A DNA stretch of 64,000 nt from Phyllosticta citribraziliensis (Eukaryota): positions 620,001 to 684,000 of the forward strand of contig NW_027117348.1 of assembly GCF_038025025.1 (NCBI RefSeq), read 5' to 3'. The stretch's first letter is position 1, and each line of letters begins with the position of its first letter. This document shows positions 50,380 through 61,545 of the stretch, piece by piece. The position numbers were made by a program, and so were the translations under genes. The notes under the pieces were generated by a model, which made no database searches, was not told the origin of the DNA, and saw only the letters and a list, made by a program, of their open reading frames with translations.

Positions 50380-51578
50380 GGTTGAATGAGGATGATGGCT
50401 GGGGCGCACAACGCGGTAGCGACGAATGGTGGCCGTGGTTGCGGTTGAAGCGGTTTTATGCCCAACGGCGCGGCAGGGTATCTGGCGACGGACAAGGTCG
50501 AAACAGGCCGACGAGGCGAGTTGGATGGACAGCGAAGAGGGTGAAGATTGAATATCAGCGAATGGCGCGGGAGATGTGAGCGAATCCGTCTATTTGCGGC
50601 GGTCGTGTTGTAAAAAGGGCCGACGTCAGGCACGAGGTGAGGCGGATCCCGGACGGCAAGTGGAGACTTTCACAACTGTCAATTGCGAATTCGACGAGGT
50701 GCAGCAGTCGTCGAAACCGGTGAGAGCAAAAGGGAAGAGTGGTGGAGGAATCGAGTTGAAGAAAGGTGTGGAGTCGACAGCGCTGGGGAGTCGGGACTAG
50801 AGATGCAAGGCGCCCGGGAGGTCAAGGGCACGAATGAGAGGGGCTGAGGATGCCGCGCCATGGCTCAACCCAAACGCCACCGAGTTGGCGATGTTGGAGC
50901 GGAGGATAGATGCGGAGCGTGGTTGAGATGGCGCAGAGACAGTTGCACAACGTCTGGCTGGGCTCGACTGTTGTCGAGAGAGGTCAAAGGTCATGGTTGC
51001 AGGATGCGGGTTTTTGACTGATCATCTGAGAAATCTGATCCTTGCAGCGTCGCGGATGCAGCTTCAGCCTCCGCTGCCGCAAACAGTGGGGCTACGTAGC
51101 TCTCAGAGGAACCGAAGCCTTTCTTCTTCGTGGTGTTGACTGCACAGACGGGGAGGTTCCCTGATGTGGAGACGGGGCGGACCGGCTGTGCGTGCTGTGA
51201 GCGGGCGGGGTGGTCGAGGCTTTGCTCGTGGTCCATGCAGCTTGCAGAGGTTCAGTAGATGGATGGAGGCGTACAGGATGCGAGGGAGCAGCTTGTGTTG
51301 GACGAATGAGGAATTCCGGCGTCGTGGACGGCGAGAAGAATGGAGGAATGGAATGCCTCAGGCACCACAGCTTTCCCCAGCACGTGCTGGGAGACCCTGG
51401 GCTGGCTGTGCCAAAGCGGCGGCGACGTCATTCCTTGCTGCTGGCCTCTGCTGCGACGGGATCCGCGCGACTCAACTGTACCTATCTTGTTCACGTCGCC
51501 TCTCCTACACTACGAGTAGCCCAACACCACCTCCCTACCCGCCCGAGCTGCTAAACCCTCGCACAAGTCCAAGCCGAC

Positions 51579-52414
51579 ATGTCTAGTAAGCCCGTCTCTC
51601 CAGAGTACCGCAAGCACAAAGCTGACCTTCCCAGCTCCAGATTATTGTAAGGCAACAACGAACCCATCGCGAAACGTCCCTAACCGCCATGCCAGACAAG
51701 ATCCTCGACGTCTCGCCGACCGCATCGCAGCAGCAGATTCGCGATGCCTATAAAAAGGCTGCCCTGAAGCACCATCCCGACCGTGTGCCCGCCGACTCGC
51801 CGGACCGCGCCTCTCGCACCAAGCGATTCCAGCTTATCAACGATGCATACTATACTCTATGCGATCCTCAGCGCCGACGCGACTACGATTCCGCACGGAA
51901 GTACAACACCTACAGCGGAGGTTTCGAAGACAGCGACCCCGAAGAGGAGATACCGCAGGCCAACGCCAGTGGCCAACAAGGACAAGGTGGCGCGGGCGCA
52001 AGCGCAGGCTTTGGAGGTTTCCCGTGGTCATCTTTCTTTGGCGGCGGCTCCAACGCCAACGCCAACACCAACACCAACCCCGGCCCTGCTCCTGATGCGC
52101 GCAGCAACGAGCAGTTTGGCAACGTGTTTGAGGAAATGCTGCGCGAGGAGGGCATGGCCGAGGGCGAGCGGGCGCAACCCACGGGCAAGTTTTGGAGCAT
52201 GGTCGGTGGCCTCAGTGGAGGAGCCATGGGCTTCATCATTGCCAATTTTGCAGGCGCCGTGGCAGGCGTGGTCGCCGGCAGCAAGCTGGGGGCGGTGCGA
52301 GATGCCAGGGGGAAGAGCGTCTATGCCGTTTTCCAGGAGTTGCCGCAGGCGGACAAGGCGAGGATGCTCAGCGACCTTGCCAGCAAAGTCTTTGCTCACG
52401 CCGTGGGTTCATGA
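51579..52414 (+). CDS. DnaJ-domain (type C) protein; coding exons 51579-51585, 51635-51646, 51696-52414
   Basis: Spliced MSTPDYYKILDVS..AYKKAALKHHPDR..FQLINDAYYTL..RRRDYD; C-terminal glycine-zipper-like hydrophobic segment. Confidence 0.9.
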
Positions 52415-52904
52415 TTTACGACGAATGATTTGTGATATCCCTTTTCGGCGTTGGACATGGGTTAGCGAACATGAGGGTTGGGTGGCCGACGCAGTAATGC
52501 AGAAAAGTCATGTCGGCGACGCGTTGTTTGATATTTAGGTTGAAATGAACATGGACATGTCTGGAAAAGGTGGCTGTTTCGAGTCTTTTCATGAATCAGC
52601 GTGCTGCAGGAACCGAGCTCTGTCCGAGGCGGCCCGCGTCATATCGACGAGGGTCTAGCGGTAGTCCACCCACAGCAGCTACACATTTCCACCCCATCTC
52701 TCTCAACTCACACAACCAACGCTCCCCAGGCCTTCACCTGCGCCACCCTGCCCGTGGCCTGCGGGAAACCATCCCGTCTCCGTAGCTAGGCTGTCAGCTG
52801 CACGGCCCCCGTCTCTTTTCCGCCGCTCTCTTGCAAACGCTCCAGCACTTTAGACCATCCAGCCTTGTACTCTCTGCCCACGCTTCTTTTCGCAAACCAC
52901 CACC

Positions 52905-54782
52905 ATGTCCAACAAGACGCGCATAGCGTACATGTACGATCCAGACATTGGCTGTTACGATTATGAGCCCGGCCATTGTATGAAACCCTTTCGCATCCGC
53001 ATGACCCACGATCTGGTCATGTCCTATGGGCTCTATCGCAACATGGAGGTCTACGTACGTGGAAGCTCCCACGCAACGCTGCACAAAGTCCCCTCTAGTA
53101 ATGCCATTTCTAGCGCGCCAAACCTGCCACCGATCTGGAAATGACCCAATTTCATACCGACGAGTATATTGAGTTTCTCAAGCGCGTCACTCCCGATACC
53201 ATCGGCAACTGCCAACAGGAAGCCCTCAAGTACGACATTAGCGGCGACTGTCCCGTATTTGATGGCCTTTTCGAGTTCTGCTCCATCAGCGCAGGTGGTT
53301 CGATGGAAGGAGCCGCGCGCCTCAACCGTGGACGATGCGACATTGCGGTAAACTGGGCCGGCGGTCTTCACCACGCGAAAAAGGGCCAGGCCGGCGGTTT
53401 CTGTTACGTCAATGGTGTGTTCCACGTGTCGCCAACGCGGGCAACGACTGACAAGCGCAGACATTGTATTGGCGATTCTGGAACTCTTGCGCGTATACCA
53501 ACGGGTGCTTTACATCGACATTGACATCCACCACGGAGACGGCGTCGAGGAGGCCTTTTATACCACCGATCGAGTAATGACTTGCTCATTCCACAAGTTC
53601 GGTGAATTCTACCCTGGAACCGGCCACCTGTCAGACATTGGAATCGGCTCAGGCAAAAAGTACGCCGTCAACGTACCTCTGCGCGATGGTATAGATGACG
53701 CGGCGTACAAGAAGATTTTTGAGTCGGTCATCACCGAAGTTATGAAGTGCTACAGGCCGGAAGCTGTTGTCCTCCAATGTGGCGCTGACAGTCTGTCTGG
53801 AGATCGCCTGGGTAGCTTCAACCTGAGTATGGAAGGCCACGCGAATTGTGTCAAGTTTGTCAAAAGCTTTGGCCTCCCTCTCATGCTCCTTGGTGGCGGC
53901 GGCTACAGCATTCGCAACGTGGCCCGCACGTGGGCCTGTGAGACTGCGTACGCTGTTGGAGACCATGTCAGCAAAGTTCTGCCATTCAGTGACTATTACG
54001 AGGTGAGTTTTCGCTTCCTGGTGGCACAAAGGGTGTCAAAGGAGACAAGAATCCCAGTGCGGATATGTCACTTCGTTGACTCCCACTGTGGTGGTGGAGA
54101 GACTTGCTTGGATTTGGCTGATGCGAAGCAGTACTACTGCCCGGAATATTTGCTGGACGTTCCCAGGTCCAACATGAGCAACGACAACACGCCCGATTAT
54201 CTGAGTAAGATCCAGACCGCTATTTCTGAGCGTTTGCGCACTCTGCCTTTTGCGCCATCGGTCCAAATGCAAGACGTCCCGCGTGAAAGCCTGGGAGGTG
54301 CCGAAGAAGACGACGAAATGCTTGCAGACTTGGATGCCGACGAGAATATGGATGTCAGAATGACGGAGTTGCAGCAAGACAAAACCATCGACCATGACAA
54401 CGAGTTTTACGACAGTGATCTCGATGACGAGAGGAATGAGCATGTAGTAACGAAACCCAAGCATGAGGATGCCTCGGATGAAGACATGGCCGACGCTACC
54501 GAGCTCGACAACGGTGGCAACGCCGAGACGAACGGAACTGCAGACGAAGAAACTCGCGTCCGATCACGAAGCTCCATTGTCCGCCCTAGCGAAACTTCGG
54601 CCGTGGTATTGGAGGACAATGGCATTTCCTCGGGTTCCACGGGAGCTCTGCCTGGAACTGGCAACACGGCCACGCCGCCTCGCAGTCCGCACTCAGATCA
54701 TCCGGCCCTTGAGAGTAACGATGCAGACAGCTCTCGTGGCGATAATGTTCACGGAGTCTCCCCACCGGCAGAAGACAACTAG
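52905..54782 (+). CDS. Class I histone deacetylase, divergent Rpd3/RpdA-like; introns 53055-53113, 53415-53460, 54003-54131
   Basis: [64 protein letters not shown]. Confidence 0.93.
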
Positions 54783-55482
54783 GGGAGCATTTTGGTTTCT
54801 TTGGCGAGCATTAGCAAGCATTTGAGCGCGTGCACGCAAGGCGCTGGGAGTTATGAGGCAGGCATCTGAGTGTCCTGGCGTTGATTGATGGAGCATTCTT
54901 GGACTTGTTATTTTGCTGATTGGGTTCTGATTCGCAGTCTTCGGTTGCCTTTTTAGTGGCATGGTCATCCCCTTTGAGGTCAATCTTATACCCTGTGGTC
55001 AAAGGCACTTCATTAAGCTTGCGGCTTGTTTTCCTTTCAATTCTGACAGCATCTCGGTGAATACAACTTTGTCAACTGTCATCTTTCGCATTGCCCCTGA
55101 AAAAAGCGATACCCCTGAAAGTGGCCTTCCGCTCCAGCAACACCACACCAATGACATCACCCCCTTCAACCCCGGAGTTTCCCCGGGTACTGCCATCCCC
55201 TAACGCGGCAGCAAAGGCGGTGAGCAGCTGTTCAGTCGGATAATCAATCGTCCGCAGGCCTTGGCTTCGTGAGGCCCTCTGAGCCTGGACCAATGGAGCC
55301 ATTGCCGTTCCAAGCTCAAGTGGATTCCAAGCTCACCTTCCTTCATCAGACAGTCCTGACCTTCAATCCTTCCTGGCTGTACCACCTCGCCATGGTCCCG
55401 TGATTGCGCCCGGCAGTACGACTCGAACCGCAACTTTGCCGAACCTGGGAGCTTAGCGTAGCTCAAGCACCTGAAACCCGCC

Positions 55483-58121
55483 ATGTCCCAACCGCCGCCC
55501 TCGACCTCAGCACCGCGGACCGACGAACCCGACCCCAGAAACAGCCTTCGACACGTCCTGGCTGATCCGCCGCCGCCTGAAGCTTCCGACATGCCCACGC
55601 CCGTCAAACCCGAGGCTCCTCCCAGCCAGGCCGACGAGCAAGACACGGTCGACGAATCCAGAGGAAAAGGCAAGGCCCCCGAAGACGGTCCCATGTACAC
55701 TTCAACCACGACCACGACGCGACGCAACGCTAACGGCAGCGTGTCGTCGGTCTACTCAGGGAACAAGATTAGACACCTCAAGAAGGATGACGGCGTGCCG
55801 TTGTGGAGAAAGGACATCCAGTATGACTTTCTCAAGGCCGTCTTCGACGACCAGAAGCGCGTTTTCCACAAGGTGTCGGACGGCACGTCGGGACACACGT
55901 TTGCCGACATCTATCTCGATGCCATGGCGAAGAGCAGCAAGTGCAGCAAGATCTTGAAGGACAAGCTGTTGACGGAGCGGTCGGCGGCCATCAACATGGC
56001 CATGGTCTGCTTGCTAGTCAATGTCGGCAGGATGAACACTACTCTCAACTGTGAGCATGGCGCTTACCGGCTTGGAGACGATTGCTGACCTGCCCAGTCT
56101 TCCCCGAGATGCGTGCACAGCTCCGGACGTACCACTCGATTCCATCTCTTCAAGCGCATCAGGACCCGAACGCATACAAGCAACTGCAAGATGCTCCCCG
56201 CCTCAAGTCGATCCTCAAGGGCGCCACCGAGGACACGCAGCAGCCGAGTACGATTGAAGAAATCAAGGCCACGCCCGTCCCGCGTACGAACCCCGTGAAC
56301 CTCATCTTCGTTCTTGCGCAGTATGCCCCCAAGATTTCCGAGATCCACTTCTTCCCACCGAGAGACTTTTTCGACTTGGTCATGCGGAGCGGGTTAAGCT
56401 CGAAGAGCAGGGCGCGGGCGTTTCTGTGGTTGATGTGGTATTATTTGGAGAGCAACTTCTCGGAGCACGACGCGTTGAACAACCCCTTTGGCGAAGGCAT
56501 GCCGGGCGTCTCGGGAGATGCCACGAATTTCTTGCCGATCAAGACGCCGTGCTTCGACTACTTGACGCCGGAGGAGGAGGCCCTAGAAAACGTAGACACG
56601 GAGGAAGAAAAGGCGTACGGAGAGGAGAAGCGCAAGGAGCGGGCGGCCATTCTTGCCAGCGACACGGCGCCTGTGGTGACGGGCCCGAAGCGAGGCATCA
56701 AAAAAGGCTTCACAAACAACCCCGTCTTTTCCGTGGCCTCCGACGACGGTTCCCTCACACCTGGCCGCGAGCACCATTCACCAGCACCCGGATCGTTCAG
56801 AGCAAGCGGCCGTTCCAAGCCACCGCTCAAGGCATTGCAGGCAGACTACGGCTCCGACACGGACCGCACACGCTCGGCCAGCCCGCCCAGCATCGCCGGC
56901 TACCCTACTCGAATCACCCCTCACATGCGCATCAACAACCTCCTCAACGACGAAGCACCTAGCACTCCTGCTGCACCAACTCCACCTGCCAAAGGACCCG
57001 GTCGTGGCAATTGGGGACCTCGCAACAAGGGCACTCCCTCGACTACTGCAAGCGGCCGCAACGCGTTCAAATCTGCCCTCGACGCATCTGCTGCTCTCGC
57101 AGGCGCTGGTCCTCACGGTTTCTACCTCCCGCTCAACGGCGCCGATCCCAGCATCAATCGCAAGCGTCCTCCCACTGCGCATCAAATGGCCGTGGAACAG
57201 CATCGCAAGAAGCAGGTCGACTACATCCTCGACCGCAAAATCCGTAAGCAGCATGAACAAGCCACGAAGAAGCGCGAGTACGAAGGCGCCATCGCGCGCA
57301 CCTGGAAGCGCCTCAAGATGATGCCTGACGGCTACGACAGCGAGGAGGAGTACTACGGTGCTGCGCTGGCGGCCGCTGAGAATGGCGTGGTTCTCGACTA
57401 CCCAGGCCCCACCCGCAAGCCCGTTCTCGAAGCTCCCAAGTTCGCCGGTCTATACCCTGTCCAGAGCCGCGCTGAACCTGACGACTGCGGTGAGGAAATG
57501 GGCCACTGGGCGCGCGTCTTCCGTCAGACGGGACGTCGTCTCGACCGCTGGGAGGGCAATGGCGAGCCTGCCGTCAAGAAGCAGCGCAAGGACCCCGACG
57601 ACTTTGAAGGCAGCCTCGATAACAGCGCTGGCAACTCGTTTGATCACCAACACCCCTCGGCTCTCCACCGCGCCCCGCATGATCTCGTCTGGGTTGGTGA
57701 AGATGCAGCTGCCGGCGGTCCCACCTCTGGAACTCCCCGCGGCGTCGGACGTGGCCGTGGTCGCCGTAAGAAGGCACCCACCGCCTCTACTCGCGGTGGA
57801 CGTCGTCAGCGCCAGAATGGCTTGCAGGGAGAAGGACGCAGCAACGCTCGCGCCGCCGTCCCGCCACCGATCCAACCCCTGATGCACGACACCGAGGCCG
57901 CCGAGGCCGAGGTCGACAGCCAGCCCGGTGAAAGCAGCGCCGTTGGCGTCGAGGACGTCGACATTGAAGACCACGAGGGAGGCGCCGATGACGACGTCGA
58001 AGACGAAGAGATGGAGGAGGCGGGCGCCGAGGCCGATGTCGAAGGCGAGATGGATGAAGAGGCCGAGGGCGACGATGGCGGAGATGGAAGCTCTGAAGAT
58101 GAGGATATGGAGGGTGCTTGA
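55483..58121 (+). CDS. IES1: INO80 complex subunit Ies1; intron 56051-56097
   Basis: HLKKDDGVPLWRKDIQYDFL, SSKCSKILKDKL, CLLVNVGRMNTTLNF|FPEMRAQLRTYHSIPSLQ, KQLQDAPRLKSILK, ENVDT. Confidence 0.9.
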
Positions 58122-59021
58122 ACGAGTGAGACGTGAGACGTGGTTGACCGGCTGCGGCATGCATACACGGACGGGTGGGTTTTGCTTCTCTTCTTCTTCT
58201 TCGAAGGCAACGACGTTAGGTCTGTCTTCTTTGCTTTGGCATGGCGTGCACGGATGGACGGACGGACGGACGGACGGATGACGAGAGCGCTTGCTTGATC
58301 GACGAACGGGTGGCTTGCTGGGATTGATTGGTGCACTACGGCTGCTGGAATCGCTTGACTGGGCGTGCAACGGGATGGCGTTTTGCTCAAGGGCTTGCTT
58401 GCTTGCTTGCTCGATTGCTTCTTCCCCTTTCTCTTCTCTTCTCCTTCGTCTCCATCATCTTGATCAAAATGGGGTCAAATACCCCTGCCTCTCTCGAGTT
58501 TCTCCTTCGTTGCTTGCTTTACTTTGCGTGCGTGCTTGCGTGCCAGCGTCCTTTCTTTCTTGATTCACCTGTCTTCTTTGCAGTCTGAGCGGGAGCATTC
58601 ATGGCGTGCGTTGCTCGGCACAGCGTTGTTGCTACGTGTAGGAGATGGGGTGCGGTGTTGAGTCGAGTGGCTAAAGATATGATGATGCATGAATCACTAC
58701 ACGTATGTCTTATCTCGTGTCTTTGCGTTGTTCGCCTGTCGCCGTGTCATCAGAAGCAAGCCAAGCAAGCAGCGCGCGTGTGGTTTTGTTTGTTGCTATC
58801 TTTTGTGGTAAGTCTACCTGTGTTCATGACTGGACTCTACTAACGTTGTGCAGGCACTGTTCAGGAAACCAGAGTTTGAAAATCCAAACACCGCATCGTT
58901 TACGCTCGCTGTCGGTCGCTAGCTCGCCCGCTCACTCTTCAATTCAATTCAACACAAAAACATCCCATCTCACTCCAGCCGGCGCTCTTCAGAGAGGAAG
59001 GCAGGAAAGGCAGAAAAGCGT

Positions 59022-60965
59022 CTAGACTTGCGCGCCAGGGCCAAGAGAGAATGGTAGTCGCAGAACATCGTACCGGATCTCTGCAAAGCTTCGGTCTGGT
59101 TCGATGGGCCGGCCGATTCCGGCGGCCAAATGTTGCGTGAGGTGTTCTAACTTTGAATTCCCTTGAGGCTGCCCGTGCCCGCGGTAACCGGTCCCGGTGT
59201 CATCGAGGTGTCGTAGGTCTACTGGGCCACTGGTGATGATGAACATCAAGGTCTCACAAAGCTTTGCAACCTTGGGAACGGAACCAGGCCACCAAATCTT
59301 CAGGCCTGGCCTTTTTGCAAAGGACTCTGGGACTGTGGCAATTCTTCCTGCCGCAATCGGGATGCCGGTCTCGCCTCGACTAGAGATCAAGGCAACTTTG
59401 CCTGTATGACTGATATTGAAGACAGAGACGTAAATTTTGTTGTCGTCGCAGCGATTTTCGATGGACAGGTGAATTTTGTCGCCGTCGCTGACAACGGCAC
59501 TACCATCGATTGGCAGGGCTTCGCCCTCATATAATCCAAATTTGATCTCAACAGGAGCGTCTAATGCCTCTGAGCCACTGCCTTGCTCAAGGGTGAGCAT
59601 ATGATGCCCTCGAGCAAGCGTCTCGGCACTTCCGACGACCTCCGTTATCTCGGTTCTTCCGTCGCTAAGCAGAACTCCTGCTCTGTCGTACGCACGAAGC
59701 TTTCCATGCTCTCGAGCAAATCGCACCAAGGGACTCTCGGGATCCTGTGGGGAACTCGGTCGGAGATATTTCGAGCTCCTGACAAGCGCCTCCACTTCTT
59801 CGTCTTTTTCTGGACACGATGCTGGCCACCGGTACAGAGCTTCGACATCGAGGAAGGCCAACGCTCCACGGTATGGAACAGGCAGCTCATCAGTGAATTC
59901 GACTTGGCTCGAGACAGCATCGATGCTGAGGACCTTGGCTCGACACAGTCGAGCGGTTTCGTCGGGCTGCTCGAAGCCGGGGGGCATGATGATGTAAACG
60001 TTTCCTTCTTTCACGCCCGCGAGCCTCCCAGCTTGAATGGTAGGGCGTTCGTTGATTCCTCTCGCTCCAAGGACCGGGTGAGACACTGCATTGCTGATCT
60101 CTGTTGAGAAGAGAAAGCGCTTGGCAGGGCCTTCGACATGCGGATGCTGCTGCGGAAACTCGGCGTTGACAAGTTCGCGAACTCTGAAAAGAGCGGTCCT
60201 CCACGACACGCTCTGGGCGGCCGGATCTCGAAGGACGCCCATCAATTGTTTTGTCAGGACGCCGACGTACTGTCCTTCCTCGTCCTTGTACTCGAATGCT
60301 GATTCCGCCGTCGCCGCAGCCGCAAGACGCACCGCATGCGGGTTCCCATTGGTGTGCGTTTCTCCCTCGAGCTGGCCCTGCTTCCGAAGGCGATCCACAT
60401 GCTCCTCCAGCCGTTCGTATGTGACCGGAGGCCAGCCTTTTGGTTTGGCATCTGGGTGGAGTGGATCGCGTGCCATGCGGCCTGAGTGGCAGCAATCCAG
60501 GATCACAGTGACGTTGTGAGTCTGCTTCGTGGTTCGGGAGAGGAGATGCGCAATCTGTATGTCCATGATTCCGTTGAAATTGCGCCTTGTGCACTCAAAA
60601 TTGTAGGGAACAAGGTATTGGTACTCGCGCCGGTTGTCCAGGCCGATTTCATCGCGTGCGGTGTCACGACTGCGGGGCGGCGGCTTCACCAGGCCGCCGT
60701 GCCCCGAGAAATATATGACGACCGCCGGCATGTTGACGGTGTTGGTGCTTTGAGCGCCTTCAAGTCTTGAGACGAGCGAGTTCCATGCTCCGAGAATCCC
60801 TTCTTGAGTTGCGGCTTCTCCGTAACATGGGATGATTTCGAATCCCCTGCGCGTTAGCTCACCCTCCACTAGTCGGGCATCGTTCAAAGGTCCTTTCAGG
60901 CCGCCCCACGGACTTGCAATCAACAAGGCAAGTTTGAAAGCGTTTTCCTCGCCGGTGGTCACCAT
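59022..60965 (-). CDS. Caspase-family (peptidase C14) protein with a C-terminal beta-rich extension, 647 aa, intronless
   Basis: ALLIAS..LKGPLNDA, catalytic YFSGHGG and ILDCCHSG, LAAAATAESAFE, GVLTKQL, QHPHVEG; C-terminal DGDKIHLSIEN..IYVSVFNISHTGKV resembles DUF4384-type domains. Confidence 0.92.
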   Translation of the reverse strand: MVTTGEENAFKLALLIASPWGGLKGPLNDARLVEGELTRRGFEIIPCYGEAATQEGILGAWNSLVSRLEGAQSTNTVNMPAVVIYFSGHGGLVKPPPRSRDTARDEIGLDNRREYQYLVPYNFECTRRNFNGIMDIQIAHLLSRTTKQTHNVTVILDCCHSGRMARDPLHPDAKPKGWPPVTYERLEEHVDRLRKQGQLEGETHTNGNPHAVRLAAAATAESAFEYKDEEGQYVGVLTKQLMGVLRDPAAQSVSWRTALFRVRELVNAEFPQQHPHVEGPAKRFLFSTEISNAVSHPVLGARGINERPTIQAGRLAGVKEGNVYIIMPPGFEQPDETARLCRAKVLSIDAVSSQVEFTDELPVPYRGALAFLDVEALYRWPASCPEKDEEVEALVRSSKYLRPSSPQDPESPLVRFAREHGKLRAYDRAGVLLSDGRTEITEVVGSAETLARGHHMLTLEQGSGSEALDAPVEIKFGLYEGEALPIDGSAVVSDGDKIHLSIENRCDDNKIYVSVFNISHTGKVALISSRGETGIPIAAGRIATVPESFAKRPGLKIWWPGSVPKVAKLCETLMFIITSGPVDLRHLDDTGTGYRGHGQPQGNSKLEHLTQHLAAGIGRPIEPDRSFAEIRYDVLRLPFSLGPGAQV

Positions 60966-61545
60966 GATTTCTTCAGAAGATCGAATTGCGAAAACTGACG
61001 TGAAAAAGAGACTGCATGATGAGATTTGAGAATCACGACGTTCAAGGTAGGAGACGGCTCGTCCATTCTGGTGAGACTCTCGCTGACACTTGATGGATGA
61101 CAGTGGCGCAAGCGATTCAATCCACATTCGGGAATGATTGCATTGTGTTACACTGCTGAAGATAGGTTGCGACCGTCGTGCAAGGCTGGCGAATCAGTGA
61201 CTGGCTGATTGTAGCTGAGTGACGGTCCGTCTGAGTAAGTGGCTGATGTAGGAGATAGCTAAATGCCTGGTCAATTGACTTTGACCGGTCTTAACTTGAC
61301 TTCCCTATCCACTTGAACCCTGAAGGTTGTCAAGCGTCGTCAGATCAGGCTGAGACAAGGCAAAGCTTTACTTAATTCCTCCTTGCGCAGCCTTCAGCTC
61401 TACCACATGATCCACAGGCAGCCATGCGATGATCTGGGCCAGTATACCTCAGCTTTGCAAGCTCCCAGCAACACAAGTTCCTCGGAAATTTCGGACATCC
61501 CCCTTCCGTGGAAAACACACTTATACTCAAACCACCCAGGAAACC

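Noticed and set aside
58240..58560. (GGAC)n, (GCTT)n and CT-rich tracts after IES1; (CCAT)n at ~1000 and ~25430
   Set aside because: Ordinary UTR or intergenic microsatellites with no spacer structure; not CRISPR-like
60966..61127. 54-aa N-terminal extension of the caspase ORF shown in the ORF track
   Set aside because: It starts at a non-ATG codon; the first ATG with good context is 60965, just before the caspase beta-1 strand
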